From IMG/VR virus record IMGVR_UViG_3300044809_000038, positions 1 to 58,968 of that record: 58,968 nucleotides of DNA, one strand, 5' to 3'. Below the pieces are notes generated by a model. It did no database searches, was not told the origin of the DNA, and saw nothing but the letters and a program-made list of their open reading frames with translations. Positions 26,990 through 35,977 of this stretch are shown here, piece by piece (positions within the stretch are counted from its first letter, which is position 1; every line of letters begins with the position of its first letter). This DNA comes from a virus (taxonomy: Duplodnaviria; Caudoviricetes). Both the position numbers and the translations under genes were made by a program.

Positions 26990-27304
26990 TCAGCGCTGCT
27001 GGTTCTCGGCCGGGTTGGCCGGGTCCGTCGGCTGAATCTGCGGCGCCTGGGTGGGCGTCACCTGGTCGGCCGGCTTCGCTGCGTTGCCAGCAGCTGCCGA
27101 GACGTCGCCCTCGGCGACCTTCAGGTCCGCCGAGGCGTCGGCCTCGACCGTGTGCACCAGGTCGGCCACCTGGCCCCGCGCGGTGTTGACGAGGCTCACG
27201 GCGTCGGCCTTGATCTCGTCGGCCACGGTGCCATGCAGCATCCCGCCCAGCTTGGTCTCCAGCTCGTTGAAGAACTCGTGCACCTTGTCGACGAAGTTCG
27301 ACAT
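26990..27304 (-). CDS. Hypothetical helical protein
   Basis: Clean ORF followed by a terminator hairpin. Confidence 0.6.
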   Translation of the reverse strand: MSNFVDKVHEFFNELETKLGGMLHGTVADEIKADAVSLVNTARGQVADLVHTVEADASADLKVAEGDVSAAAGNAAKPADQVTPTQAPQIQPTDPANPAENQQR

Positions 27305-27355
27305 GGGGTCGTCCCACTTTCTCTCGTACGGCGCCCGATCGGTTGTCGAGCGTGG

Positions 27356-28666
27356 CTACTGGTGGTTGTTGAACAGGTTGAAGTCGACCGGGATTGCCGG
27401 GCCCATCTCCAGTGAGCCGGCGCCGGTGGACTTCCAGGCAATGCAGAATGTGACGGCGCCGCCAGCGATATCGCCGGACGTGGCGTTGAACCAGGGATTG
27501 ATGGCCGGCCCGAAGAACTGGTTGGGCTGGTCCGGGTTGGCCTCGGGCATCCCCTCGTAGGCCGGGTCCGGCGGGAACGTCGGCGAGTTCAGCAGGCGCA
27601 CGATCGCGCCCGCGACGACCACGCCGATGTCGTAGTAGGTGCTGGCGCCCGCGTTCGTCAGGAAGCCGTACTCGGCGCGCACCTGGTCGCCGAGCGCAGC
27701 AGCGATGGCCTGGGCCGTGCCGGCGATCGGCATCCACAGGCCGCCCGTGTTCACGGCGGAGACGTTGCCCGAGGTGATGCTGCCCGAGGTGATGGCCATC
27801 CGGGCGCCGCCACCTCCAGCTGCTGGCGCCCAGGCGACGCCGGCTGCCTGGGCCGAGCTGGCGGTCAACACGTTGGCGTCGGCGCCGACCGGTAGCCGCA
27901 CGAGCGCACCGGCGCCGGTCGCCACGAACAGGTCGCCCTTGGCGGTGGCCAGGCTGGTCTGCACGGCGCCCGCGATTCGCGCATCGTTGCCCTGCGCCGC
28001 GGTGCCGGCCGTGGTGCCGTAGGTGATGGCCAGCGTTCGGTCGGCCGTCAGGTCGCCGCCGCCCGTCAGGCCACCCGCCGTGGCGATGACGCGTCCGCTG
28101 GTGGCCTTGCTGGCCACGCCGGCCGCGAGTGTCGCCAGGTCGGACACAAGGCCCGTGACGGAGCTCTCCGGGACGATACCGACCGCGGCCTTGGGGTTCT
28201 GCGGATCGGTGTTGTCGACGACGATCGTGCCGTTCGTGGCCGTGACCGACTGGACGCCGGCCGCCGTACTGGGCAGGAAGCTCTGCGGCACGTGGCCGGT
28301 CCCGTCCAGCGGTGCGACACCATTCGGCGTACCGCGCTCCGAGGCGAGCAGGTACAGGTTGGCGGCTGTCGGCACCGAGCGCGGCGCGGTTGACAGGTCG
28401 AGCGTGCCGCCATGGCAGGTGACCGTGTAGGGCGCCGGATTCTCCGCGCCGTTGATCTGCTCGACGATCTCCAGCTGCATACCGTCGATCGTCGTCAGCG
28501 CCACCGAGAAGGCGCCGTTGACCAGCGTCTCGACGACACCCAGAACGGGGATCAGCGAACCGGGCGTCACGGCTTCGGCCACCGGCGTAATGGTGACCTG
28601 GCCGGTGGCCTGGCTGCCGTTGATGAGCGGCCAGTTGCCGGTGATCGTCGTCGAGATGGTCGGCAC
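27356..28666 (-). CDS. Tail-fibre-like virion protein
   Basis: NGVAPLD, GLTGGGDLTADRTL, GTTAGTAAQGNDARI, TAKGDL...RLPVG fibre motifs. Confidence 0.7.
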   Translation of the reverse strand: MPTISTTITGNWPLINGSQATGQVTITPVAEAVTPGSLIPVLGVVETLVNGAFSVALTTIDGMQLEIVEQINGAENPAPYTVTCHGGTLDLSTAPRSVPTAANLYLLASERGTPNGVAPLDGTGHVPQSFLPSTAAGVQSVTATNGTIVVDNTDPQNPKAAVGIVPESSVTGLVSDLATLAAGVASKATSGRVIATAGGLTGGGDLTADRTLAITYGTTAGTAAQGNDARIAGAVQTSLATAKGDLFVATGAGALVRLPVGADANVLTASSAQAAGVAWAPAAGGGGARMAITSGSITSGNVSAVNTGGLWMPIAGTAQAIAAALGDQVRAEYGFLTNAGASTYYDIGVVVAGAIVRLLNSPTFPPDPAYEGMPEANPDQPNQFFGPAINPWFNATSGDIAGGAVTFCIAWKSTGAGSLEMGPAIPVDFNLFNNHQ

Positions 28667-28676
28667 GGAGACTCCC

Positions 28677-29546
28677 TCAGATCAGGTACAGCGCACGCAG
28701 GGTGATCGGGCCCGCGATGCCGTCGACCGCCAGGTGGTCCCTGGACTGGAACTCGCGCACGACAGCTTCGGTGGCCGGTCCGAAGTCATTGTCCACGGCC
28801 AGGTGGCTGTAGGCCGGGTACTGCGTGTCGAGCGCCCGCTGAAGCACGCCGACGGCCGACCCGCGGTTGCCGCGCCGCAGGTAGGTGTTCGGCGGGAGCT
28901 TGCCGGTCACCGGGTGCGGCACGGGTGGTGGCCCAGGTGTCGGCGCCGGTGCGGGCGCACCCATCCGGATCATGTCGACGGCGGGCGTCCAACCGTTCTC
29001 GAACTGACTCTCGTCAACGTGACCCACGACGCCGGCCACGTTCGCCGAACTGGTGTTCTGCCACAGCTCGACGCCCGGATGACTCCAGGCCAGAGCTGAC
29101 GCGTACTGCGCCGGCCACAGCGACGTGTAGGCGTCGAACCAAGGATCGACGTTGAGCGTGTGCGTGAACAGGTAGACCCCGGAGTATGACCTGAACCAGG
29201 CGTGGCCCGTCCGGCTGCGGAACTGGTTGCGGAAGGCGACGTGCCAGGCCGGCGTGACGTTGGAGCCTTCGTCGTCCAGGACGGGCAGCAGTTCCCAGCG
29301 GGGCACCGACAGGTAGACGTCGGCGAAGTGGTTGGCTTCGGTGACGGGGTTGCCGTGGTCGGCGTAGTGGTAGGCGCCGCGCGGGATGCCTGCGGCGCCG
29401 GCTGCGGCGTAGTTGTCGCTCCAGTACGGGTTGACGTAGCCGTTGCCCTCGGTGAGCTTCTCGATCATGCCGAGCACGCCACCCGCCTTCGCGACCGGCC
29501 AATCCACGCGGCCTTGATAGCTGGCCACGTCCAGAATGAATCCCAT
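28677..29546 (-). CDS. Endolysin: GH25 muramidase plus peptidoglycan-binding domain
   Basis: DVASYQG, KLTEG, GAYHY, VLDDE; Pro linker; LRRGNRG...DGIAGPITL. Confidence 0.9.
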   Translation of the reverse strand: MGFILDVASYQGRVDWPVAKAGGVLGMIEKLTEGNGYVNPYWSDNYAAAGAAGIPRGAYHYADHGNPVTEANHFADVYLSVPRWELLPVLDDEGSNVTPAWHVAFRNQFRSRTGHAWFRSYSGVYLFTHTLNVDPWFDAYTSLWPAQYASALAWSHPGVELWQNTSSANVAGVVGHVDESQFENGWTPAVDMIRMGAPAPAPTPGPPPVPHPVTGKLPPNTYLRRGNRGSAVGVLQRALDTQYPAYSHLAVDNDFGPATEAVVREFQSRDHLAVDGIAGPITLRALYLI

Positions 29547-29564
29547 CGGTCCTCCTGTTCGGGT

Positions 29565-29611
29565 GTGACCGGCCTGCCCGGTCGGGGGTATCAGGCGGGC
29601 AGGCCGGTCAC
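29565..29611. terminator. 16-bp inverted repeat between DnaC-like gene and lysin
   Basis: gtgaccggcctgcccg...cgggcaggccggtcac. Confidence 0.6.
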
Positions 29612-29615
29612 GGTG

Positions 29616-30269
29616 CTACCAGGTCTCGCGAGCGATCACCTGAGGTGGCGCGCTGGTGATCCGCAGAACCTGGCAGTTCTCGGTGATGCGCCGGGCGATG
29701 CGGTCGCCGTAGCGCTCGGTGAGCTCACGGGAGCTCAGGTTGGTGGTCACGATCATGGGCAGCGAGCGCGCGTTGCGGTAGTTCGTGAGCCGGTACAGCT
29801 GCTCCAGGCTCCAGTCGGTGACCTTCTCGGCGCCCAGGTCGTCGATCAGCAGCACGGGCGTGAGCTGGAACGTGCCGATGTCGCTCGCCCCGTCGGCGTT
29901 CGGCCGCAGGCTGTCGATCAGCGATGCGACCTCGACGTAGGTCACCGGCACGCGGTGGTCCATCAGCAGCATCCGGGCCAGGGCGCTGGCCTCCCAGGTC
30001 TTGCCGACGCCGGCCGGGCCGACGATGACCATGTTGCGCCGCTGGCCGGCGAAGTAGCCCAGCAGCCAGCGTTCCGTCTCCGGGTGGCGCGGCTCGGCGC
30101 CGCGGTAGTTGTGCGGCAGGCGCGACAGCAGCACGCGCGACTTCTCCTCGCGCCACTCTTCGCGCGCCCGGTCCTCGGCTGCCTGCATCTCAGCGTCCGT
30201 GGCGAACCGGGTGCCGTGCCGGGCGATGAACTCGCTCAGGCGTGCATCCAGGTCTCGACTCGCGTTCAC
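29616..30269 (-). CDS. DnaC/IstB-like helicase loader
   Basis: GPAGVGKT, LLIDDLGAE, IVTTNL. Confidence 0.9.
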   Translation of the reverse strand: MNASRDLDARLSEFIARHGTRFATDAEMQAAEDRAREEWREEKSRVLLSRLPHNYRGAEPRHPETERWLLGYFAGQRRNMVIVGPAGVGKTWEASALARMLLMDHRVPVTYVEVASLIDSLRPNADGASDIGTFQLTPVLLIDDLGAEKVTDWSLEQLYRLTNYRNARSLPMIVTTNLSSRELTERYGDRIARRITENCQVLRITSAPPQVIARETW

Positions 30270-30275
30270 GTCCCA

Positions 30276-30298
30276 AGCATACCCCCCGAAATGGGGGT
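30276..30298 (-). promoter_or_regulatory. Promoter (-10 TATGCT) with palindrome; leaderless GTG
   Basis: CCCCCCgaaatGGGGGT at 30282-30298. Confidence 0.6.
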
Positions 30299-30330
30299 CC
30301 ACACCTGCATTCACGGTGAACTCTTCCTGC

Positions 30331-31233
30331 TCAGAAGTACGTGGGCGTCGGCTCGGCGTTCGCCGCCGCTTCCGCCTCCTCGGCGGCCACCCCGTCCCAG
30401 TAGTCCTGGTTGCTGATGTTGAGCGTCGTGCCACCGTTGGCGACCGGCCGCGACGCCGGCTCGTCCAGCCAGCAGTCCTGGTTGAGCCAGGTCGAGGGAT
30501 GCTTGGTGTAGGTCTTGTCCTGGCCGGCGCGCTCGCCCGCGTACCGCCGGCAGCCTTCCATGATCAACTCCGGATTAGCTCCACGCCGGATCGCCGCCAA
30601 CCAGGAGCGCTCCGCGCCCTTGCGTCCTACGTGCCTCGGGTAGAGCGCGTAGAACGCAGCGAAGCCGACGAGCGGGTCGGGCTTCGGCTCTGGGCTGCCC
30701 TTCGGTTCTGGCTCCAGGTCGGGGAGCAGGCTCGCCTGGCCGTCGCTCGACTCGTCGAGCAAGATCTGTTGATCAGTTTGGTCTTCTGGTAGATCATTGA
30801 TCTTCTTCGAAGAACTGGTCTTCTTATGTTCCGGGTTTTCCCCGGTTGGGGATGGCCCGCGCTGGGCTTCCCCGCCTAGGTCGCTCGGCCTAACCTGGAT
30901 TTTCTGGGTTAGGGCCTCTCGCTCCTCCGTGCTGAACTCGATATCGCTGATCAGGAGCTGTGTGCCTACCCGGTGGCCGAGCTTGTTGCGCACCTCGTTG
31001 CGGATCAGGAAGCCGAGCTTCTCCAGCTCGCGCAGGCAGTTGCCGACCGTGTCCGGATTGATGTGCAACACCTTGCCGACCGACTGGTGAGTGATCTCGA
31101 AGTCGACCGTGTTGGACATCAGGTAGCAGGCCACGTGGAAGGTGTGGCCGCTGCGGTATGGGCGCCGGATGAAGCTGTTCGCGACCTTCGTGTGCCGCTC
31201 TGGCCGGACGTACCGGCGGGCCGTCATCGCCAT
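30331..31233 (-). CDS. Replication initiator (wHTH plus C-terminal helicase-loader-recruiting domain)
   Basis: FYALYPRHVGR...HPSTWLNQDCW; upstream of the DnaC-like gene. Confidence 0.8.
   Translation of the reverse strand: MAMTARRYVRPERHTKVANSFIRRPYRSGHTFHVACYLMSNTVDFEITHQSVGKVLHINPDTVGNCLRELEKLGFLIRNEVRNKLGHRVGTQLLISDIEFSTEEREALTQKIQVRPSDLGGEAQRGPSPTGENPEHKKTSSSKKINDLPEDQTDQQILLDESSDGQASLLPDLEPEPKGSPEPKPDPLVGFAAFYALYPRHVGRKGAERSWLAAIRRGANPELIMEGCRRYAGERAGQDKTYTKHPSTWLNQDCWLDEPASRPVANGGTTLNISNQDYWDGVAAEEAEAAANAEPTPTYF
30765..30914. repeat. Putative replication origin: three imperfect iterons plus AT-rich tract
   Basis: ccgggttttccccggttgggg, gctgggcttccccgcctagg, cctggattttctgggttaggg beside a TCTTCT-rich tract inside the initiator gene. 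Confidence 0.5.
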
Positions 31234-31523
31234 CAGGAGGCCACCTTGACCCAACCGTGCAGCTCCAGCCAGGCCAGGGCTGTCGTCAGCTCCCCCAGGT
31301 CGCCCTTGCCTGCCAGCAGGGCAACCGGCACGGCCGTGGAACCCTCCCCTGCGTACGAAGCCAGGCACCAGGCGACGCCGGTGACCTCTATCGGACTGGT
31401 GAAGTCGAGCAGCATTCGGCCGATCTCGCTGTCGCGGTCGACCAGCGTGCTGTTGGCGAAGTTGCCGACCTCCAGCCAACGATCGTCGAGCCGGACAACC
31501 GAGCGCTCATGGACCTGTGTCAT
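31233..31523 (-). CDS. Small wHTH-like protein
   Basis: Resembles the initiator N-terminus. Confidence 0.55.
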   Translation of the reverse strand: MTQVHERSVVRLDDRWLEVGNFANSTLVDRDSEIGRMLLDFTSPIEVTGVAWCLASYAGEGSTAVPVALLAGKGDLGELTTALAWLELHGWVKVAS

Positions 31524-31560
31524 ACTGGCTTCCGTCCTACGCAGGGGACTACTGGATGTA

Positions 31561-31591
31561 CGAACGGCCGGGTAGCAAGCCCGGCCGTTCG
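31561..31591. terminator. 12-bp hairpin
   Basis: cgaacggccggg...cccggccgttcg. Confidence 0.5.
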
Positions 31592-31627
31592 CCGTGTCTG
31601 AACCTATCTTGCGCCCCGGTCCCGTGA

Positions 31628-31852
31628 TTACAACAGAGTGGGTTCACTCTCCGTGTCGGCGGCCGGCAGCGTCGGGGCGACGAAGTGCACGCCGGCCTCG
31701 GCGCCGCCCAACTCCAGCTCGTGCAGCACGGTGTCGAGCTCGTGCCGCAGTCCAGCGGCTAGCGCCGGCCGATCGGTGGCCGGCGCCGTGTCGAGGTTCG
31801 CAGCAAGCTGGCGCGCACGCAGTGTGGCCGCGTAGGCGTCGCCGATCGTCAC
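31628..31852 (-). CDS. Hypothetical protein
   Basis: GTGA overlap with the upstream gene. Confidence 0.5.
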   Translation of the reverse strand: MTIGDAYAATLRARQLAANLDTAPATDRPALAAGLRHELDTVLHELELGGAEAGVHFVAPTLPAADTESEPTLL

Positions 31853-32325
31853 TGTGCGAGCTTCGCCGCGAGAGTGGCCGGATCGACCCCCAGCATCCTC
31901 GCTGCGGCCTCGATAGAGCTGCCCTGGGGCGAGGCGCCCAGGTTGGCCAACGGGGCCACGCTGAGCAACTGAGCTCCCTCGCACGGCCATGTCTGGCCGC
32001 ATCCGCCGCAGGTCGCACCGCTGGCGCCGGCCGCGATCACACCGAAGTGGGCGACGCCCTGGCCATCGACATTGCTCGGCGCCGCCGACAGGTCGAGGTC
32101 GTGCGGCTCGGGCACGGACAGCTGCGGCTCGCTCAGGTGCGGCTGCGGCTGGGCCGGCGCGCGCCCCTCGGCCATGTTCGCCACGTCGGCGTTCGTCCAC
32201 AGGTGGCCGGTCGGCGGCTCCGGGATCGGCGCCGTGTGCGGCTCGCCGGTCCGGTGGTCGATGTAGTCACCCGTCTCGCCGTGTCGGGCGGCCGGCTCCA
32301 GGTCGATGTTGCGTTCGGGCGTCAT
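31849..32325 (-). CDS. Hypothetical protein with CxxC...WPC motif
   Basis: H...CGGCGQTWPC; ATGA overlap. Confidence 0.55.
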   Translation of the reverse strand: MTPERNIDLEPAARHGETGDYIDHRTGEPHTAPIPEPPTGHLWTNADVANMAEGRAPAQPQPHLSEPQLSVPEPHDLDLSAAPSNVDGQGVAHFGVIAAGASGATCGGCGQTWPCEGAQLLSVAPLANLGASPQGSSIEAAARMLGVDPATLAAKLAQ

Positions 32326-33002
32326 CTCGGCTTCTTCCTGCTCAGGTCGACCCCGGTAAGCTTCTTCTTCGTCCGGATAGCATCGCGCACCGTGGCCGCC
32401 ACCGAGTCCTGTCCGGCCCGCGCAAGGTCGGTTGCCAACTCGCGCACCTTCGTGACCAGCGGCTTGTAGTTCACCAGACCGGTCGAGCGGCGCATGGCCG
32501 TCACGAGCATCTCGGCCATCCACTCCTCGTAGGTGGCCACGTACTCGGCGTCGGACTCCTGGCCGCCCTGCGCCGGCTCGGTGCCGCGGTACTCCTCCAG
32601 GATGGCGAAGGCCAGCGCGGTGAACACGTCATCGGTGTCGATGTCGTGCTCATTCTGGATCTTGCGGGTGAGCTGCACATCGCCGTCGGCGCTGGGTATC
32701 GTGAGGTTCTGCGTCGGGATGCCGTCCTGTTCGCCGACCGCCTCCAGCAGCTCCTCCTCGGCGTACGCCTTGATCGTCGCAGCGGCCGACGCGAACGCCC
32801 GGCCGTAGTCCTCCAGGCGCTCGACCGTGGCCATCATCCAGCGCCCGGTGGCGTAGATGTCCTCCTGGCGGTGGACTGCGCCGCGCTCGCGACGCAGTCG
32901 GGCCATGGTCTCGTTCGCGCCGCCGCGCAGCGCCTCGGCCAGCTCGTGGTGTGTGGGGAACCGCTGGAGAACCGGCTCCAGCTCGGCGGCGTCATGCTCC
33001 AT
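32322..33002 (-). CDS. Hypothetical helical protein
   Basis: Coupled ORF. Confidence 0.6.
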   Translation of the reverse strand: MEHDAAELEPVLQRFPTHHELAEALRGGANETMARLRRERGAVHRQEDIYATGRWMMATVERLEDYGRAFASAAATIKAYAEEELLEAVGEQDGIPTQNLTIPSADGDVQLTRKIQNEHDIDTDDVFTALAFAILEEYRGTEPAQGGQESDAEYVATYEEWMAEMLVTAMRRSTGLVNYKPLVTKVRELATDLARAGQDSVAATVRDAIRTKKKLTGVDLSRKKPR

Positions 33003-33246
33003 CGGATTCAACCTTTCTGACCGCTTCGCGCAGGTCGTTCGCAACCTTCGGCTCGATCCCGGCCAGGCCGTCGGCGATCTGAAGCATCATGTGCCGGCGC
33101 AGGTCCGGCTCAGCGGCGCGCAGGGCCTCGGTGGCCACGCGTAGCGCCTGCTCGGAATCCAGCAGCCCGGACGCGACGCGCTGCGCAGCCCTGGCTCCCT
33201 TCGCCAGCGCCTCGACGAGGCGCGCGTCAGGTTCGTTCGAGGACAT
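32992..33246 (-). CDS. Hypothetical protein
   Basis: Operon packing. Confidence 0.5.
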   Translation of the reverse strand: MSSNEPDARLVEALAKGARAAQRVASGLLDSEQALRVATEALRAAEPDLRRHMMLQIADGLAGIEPKVANDLREAVRKVESDGA

Positions 33247-33451
33247 CGCGCAGCCTCGTCATCGCGTCGCGGAACTCGCCCTGGTCCACCCGCAGCAGCA
33301 CGGTCTCGTCGCCGACCGGCTTGAACCGCTCCGTGGCTTGTCGAGCAAGCCGGCGAGCCGCAGATTCGGCTCGCCGGTCGTGCGCCCGCAGAATGCCGGC
33401 GAACGCACAGGCACCCGCGAAGATGATCGGGTACCACAGCAGAACGTGCAT
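33227..33451 (-). CDS. Small membrane-anchored protein
   Basis: N-terminal TM. Confidence 0.5.
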   Translation of the reverse strand: MHVLLWYPIIFAGACAFAGILRAHDRRAESAARRLARQATERFKPVGDETVLLRVDQGEFRDAMTRLRDVLERT

Positions 33452-33693
33452 CAGTCCTTGCCCTCCTCGTATTCGATCAGGTTGTTGTAGTAGCCGCGCA
33501 GCACTCGGTAGTTGCGCGGCGTCTGGTACCGAGCGAATTCCGGTCCGATTCCGGTCAGGACCTCCTCGGCGCGCTTGATCTCGTCGCGCACGATGCCCGG
33601 CCGGCGGTTGATGGTGACCATGGCGCAGTGCTGGCCCAGCCGGTAGTCCGAGTCGTCGGAGTTGATCAGCACGACCACGTTGGCCGCGCTCAT
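33451..33693 (-). CDS. Hypothetical protein
   Basis: Operon packing. Confidence 0.55.
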   Translation of the reverse strand: MSAANVVVLINSDDSDYRLGQHCAMVTINRRPGIVRDEIKRAEEVLTGIGPEFARYQTPRNYRVLRGYYNNLIEYEEGKD

Positions 33694-33794
33694 CGGTCGC
33701 CCGCTGCGTCGTAGGCGTCGTCCGGGTCGGACCAGTTCTCCGGATCCAGCGGGTCGATCTCGAACTGCGCGATCACGACGAACATGTCGTCCAT
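33690..33794 (-). CDS. 34-aa acidic microprotein
   Basis: MDDMFVVIAQFEIDPLDPENWSDPDDAYDAAGDR; RBS GGAGG; ATGA overlap with the next gene. Confidence 0.6.
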   Translation of the reverse strand: MDDMFVVIAQFEIDPLDPENWSDPDDAYDAAGDR

Positions 33795-33833
33795 GGCGTC
33801 CTCCGGTGGTGTGCCGTTGTCCCGATTCTCGAG

Positions 33834-33863
33834 ACTTTACACCCCGATTCGGGGCCCTGTCGA
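33834..33863 (-). promoter_or_regulatory. Promoter TCGACA-18-TAAAGT with palindrome
   Basis: CACCCCgattcGGGGCC at 33840-33856. Confidence 0.75.
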
Positions 33864-33892
33864 CTCAGCGGCAGCAGACCCGAACCCGTGTC

Positions 33893-34327
33893 CTAAAAGG
33901 GTGGCTCCTCGCTCTGGGCGGCCGGCGTGCCACCGCTCCAATTCTGCTGACTGCCCTGCTCGCGGGTCGCACGCAACACCTTCGCCATGGCGTAGCGCAG
34001 CGACGGCCCGACCTCGTCCACCTCAAGCTCGACCACGGTCCGCTTCTCGCCCTCCTTCGTCTCGAACGAGCGCTGCTTCAGCCTGCCCTGCACGATCACC
34101 CGAGCGCCCTTGGTGAGACTCTCGGCGACGTTCTCCGCCGGCTGGGACCACTGGTTGCAGCGCAGGAACAGCGCGGCGCCGTCCTTCCATTCGCCGCTGG
34201 CCTTGTCGAAGGTGCGCGGCGTCGAGGCCACGGTGAAGTTCACGACCGCCTTACCGGCCGGCGTGAATCGCAATTCGGGATCGGCAGTCAGATTCCCCAC
34301 AACGGTGATAACGGTATCGCCAGCCAT
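33893..34327 (-). CDS. ssb: Single-stranded DNA-binding protein
   Basis: [23 protein letters not shown]...EEPPF, typical actinobacterial SSB. Confidence 0.97.
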   Translation of the reverse strand: MAGDTVITVVGNLTADPELRFTPAGKAVVNFTVASTPRTFDKASGEWKDGAALFLRCNQWSQPAENVAESLTKGARVIVQGRLKQRSFETKEGEKRTVVELEVDEVGPSLRYAMAKVLRATREQGSQQNWSGGTPAAQSEEPPF

Positions 34328-34337
34328 CGGTTCCCTT

Positions 34338-35318
34338 TCAGATATCGAACGCGTGCCGCCACAGCGGCAAGGTGTGTTTGATGCTGAACTTCTCGGCATA
34401 TCGACGAGCCGCCGCGCCCATTTCCAGCCGCATCGCCTCGTCGTGCACGAGGTCGTTCACATAGGCGTACGCCTCGGCGCTTGATCGGTACAGGTAGCCG
34501 GTGACTCCGTGGTACACCGCCTCGGTGTACGGCTCGATCTTGCGGGCCACGATCGGTATCCCGAGCGCCGCCATCTCCATCGCCTTGATGGCCGACTTGC
34601 TGGCATTGAACACGTGGCGCTGGAGCGGTATGACCGCAACGTCGAAATCGATCGTCCGCAGGTACGCCTCGACGCCGCTGACCCACGGCGTGTGCCGCAC
34701 GTTCGGCTCGTCACTCGGTACCCAGGCCGACTGCCCGCCGATCACGTGTGTCTCGACGCCGTCACGCGCTGCCCAGTGTGCCCACCAGGGCTTCATCCAG
34801 GCGACGTCCATGGCGTGCGTGTCGCTGCCCGCCCAGCCGATCACAGTCCGGTCGCGCCGCGGTCGCTCGTGGCTCAGCAGCCAGTCGGGTACCGCGTTCG
34901 GCACCGGCACGATGTCGTCGTTGTACTTCCCCAGAGCCTGCGCCAGCGACCTGGTGCTCACCGTGACCCGATCGGCCAGGGCCAGCCCCAGCTCCAGCGT
35001 GCGGAGCACCTCGGGCCGCGAGTACACCTGATAGGCCGGCGATGACGGGTCGACGTGGAACAGGTCATCGTCAAGGTCGACCACCAGGCGCGGCGTCGCC
35101 CGGCCGGCCCACTCCTGCCAATACGTCGCCACCTCGGGATCGGCGATCCGCTGGCCGAACAGGACGCCGCTACTGGTGACGTCCTGTTCGTAGATGCGGT
35201 GCCGGTACGTGACGTCGTCGCCGGCCGCAGTCATCGCCTCGAACGGCACCTTGACCCGGTAGTAGGCGCAGCCGTCGGTCTCCGGATCAGCCGAACACCA
35301 GCCGAACACCGCGGCCAT
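34338..35318 (-). CDS. GT-B (family 4-like) glycosyltransferase
   Basis: [31 protein letters not shown]. Confidence 0.85.
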   Translation of the reverse strand: MAAVFGWCSADPETDGCAYYRVKVPFEAMTAAGDDVTYRHRIYEQDVTSSGVLFGQRIADPEVATYWQEWAGRATPRLVVDLDDDLFHVDPSSPAYQVYSRPEVLRTLELGLALADRVTVSTRSLAQALGKYNDDIVPVPNAVPDWLLSHERPRRDRTVIGWAGSDTHAMDVAWMKPWWAHWAARDGVETHVIGGQSAWVPSDEPNVRHTPWVSGVEAYLRTIDFDVAVIPLQRHVFNASKSAIKAMEMAALGIPIVARKIEPYTEAVYHGVTGYLYRSSAEAYAYVNDLVHDEAMRLEMGAAARRYAEKFSIKHTLPLWRHAFDI

Positions 35319-35977
35319 CAGAAGTGTCTCCCGTCTCGCCGGCCCGGATCGGTCTGGTTCGTGGCGCCGTAAGCCGCCGCGACCGACTTGGCTACCGACT
35401 GGTACGACGACAGCACCGAGCGCAGGCTGTGCGTGGTGGCCTTCATCGCATCGCGTGCCCGCACGGCCACGATCATGTTGACGTACTGCTCCTCGCAGGC
35501 GACCAGGGCGCGCGCCTCGCGCTGCTTCGCGTCGCCGCCGGACAGCTGCACCAGCACCTTCGCCTTCGCCAGCTCGAAGTCCATCGTGGCGGTGTGTGCG
35601 GCGGCGATCAGCGCGGCCTCGTAGACGATGCCGCGCTCCAGTCGGGCCGCCGAGTCGATGATGTGCAGCTCGACCTCCTTCGGCCCGTACGGCTTCGTCG
35701 GGTCGATGAGTGCGATCTGGGCGGTGATCGGGTCAACCTCGTGACCGACCATGCCCCGACCCGAGACGACCAGCGCGCTCTCCGCCTCGGCCGACGGCTC
35801 GGGTATGGCGATCTCGGACAGCTCGTCCCACTCGGGCACCCGGATGTCCAGGACGGCGCGGCACCCGCACACCACGCCATCCTCCGGGTCGTAGTAGCCC
35901 AGGCCATGGCGATCGTGACCACCGACCTCGGCCTGGATGGCCAGCAGCCGGTCGGCCATCTCCTGTGTGTCATCCAT
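35318..35977 (-). CDS. Hypothetical protein
   Basis: Coupled at both ends; coiled-coil C-terminus. Confidence 0.6.
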   Translation of the reverse strand: MDDTQEMADRLLAIQAEVGGHDRHGLGYYDPEDGVVCGCRAVLDIRVPEWDELSEIAIPEPSAEAESALVVSGRGMVGHEVDPITAQIALIDPTKPYGPKEVELHIIDSAARLERGIVYEAALIAAAHTATMDFELAKAKVLVQLSGGDAKQREARALVACEEQYVNMIVAVRARDAMKATTHSLRSVLSSYQSVAKSVAAAYGATNQTDPGRRDGRHF

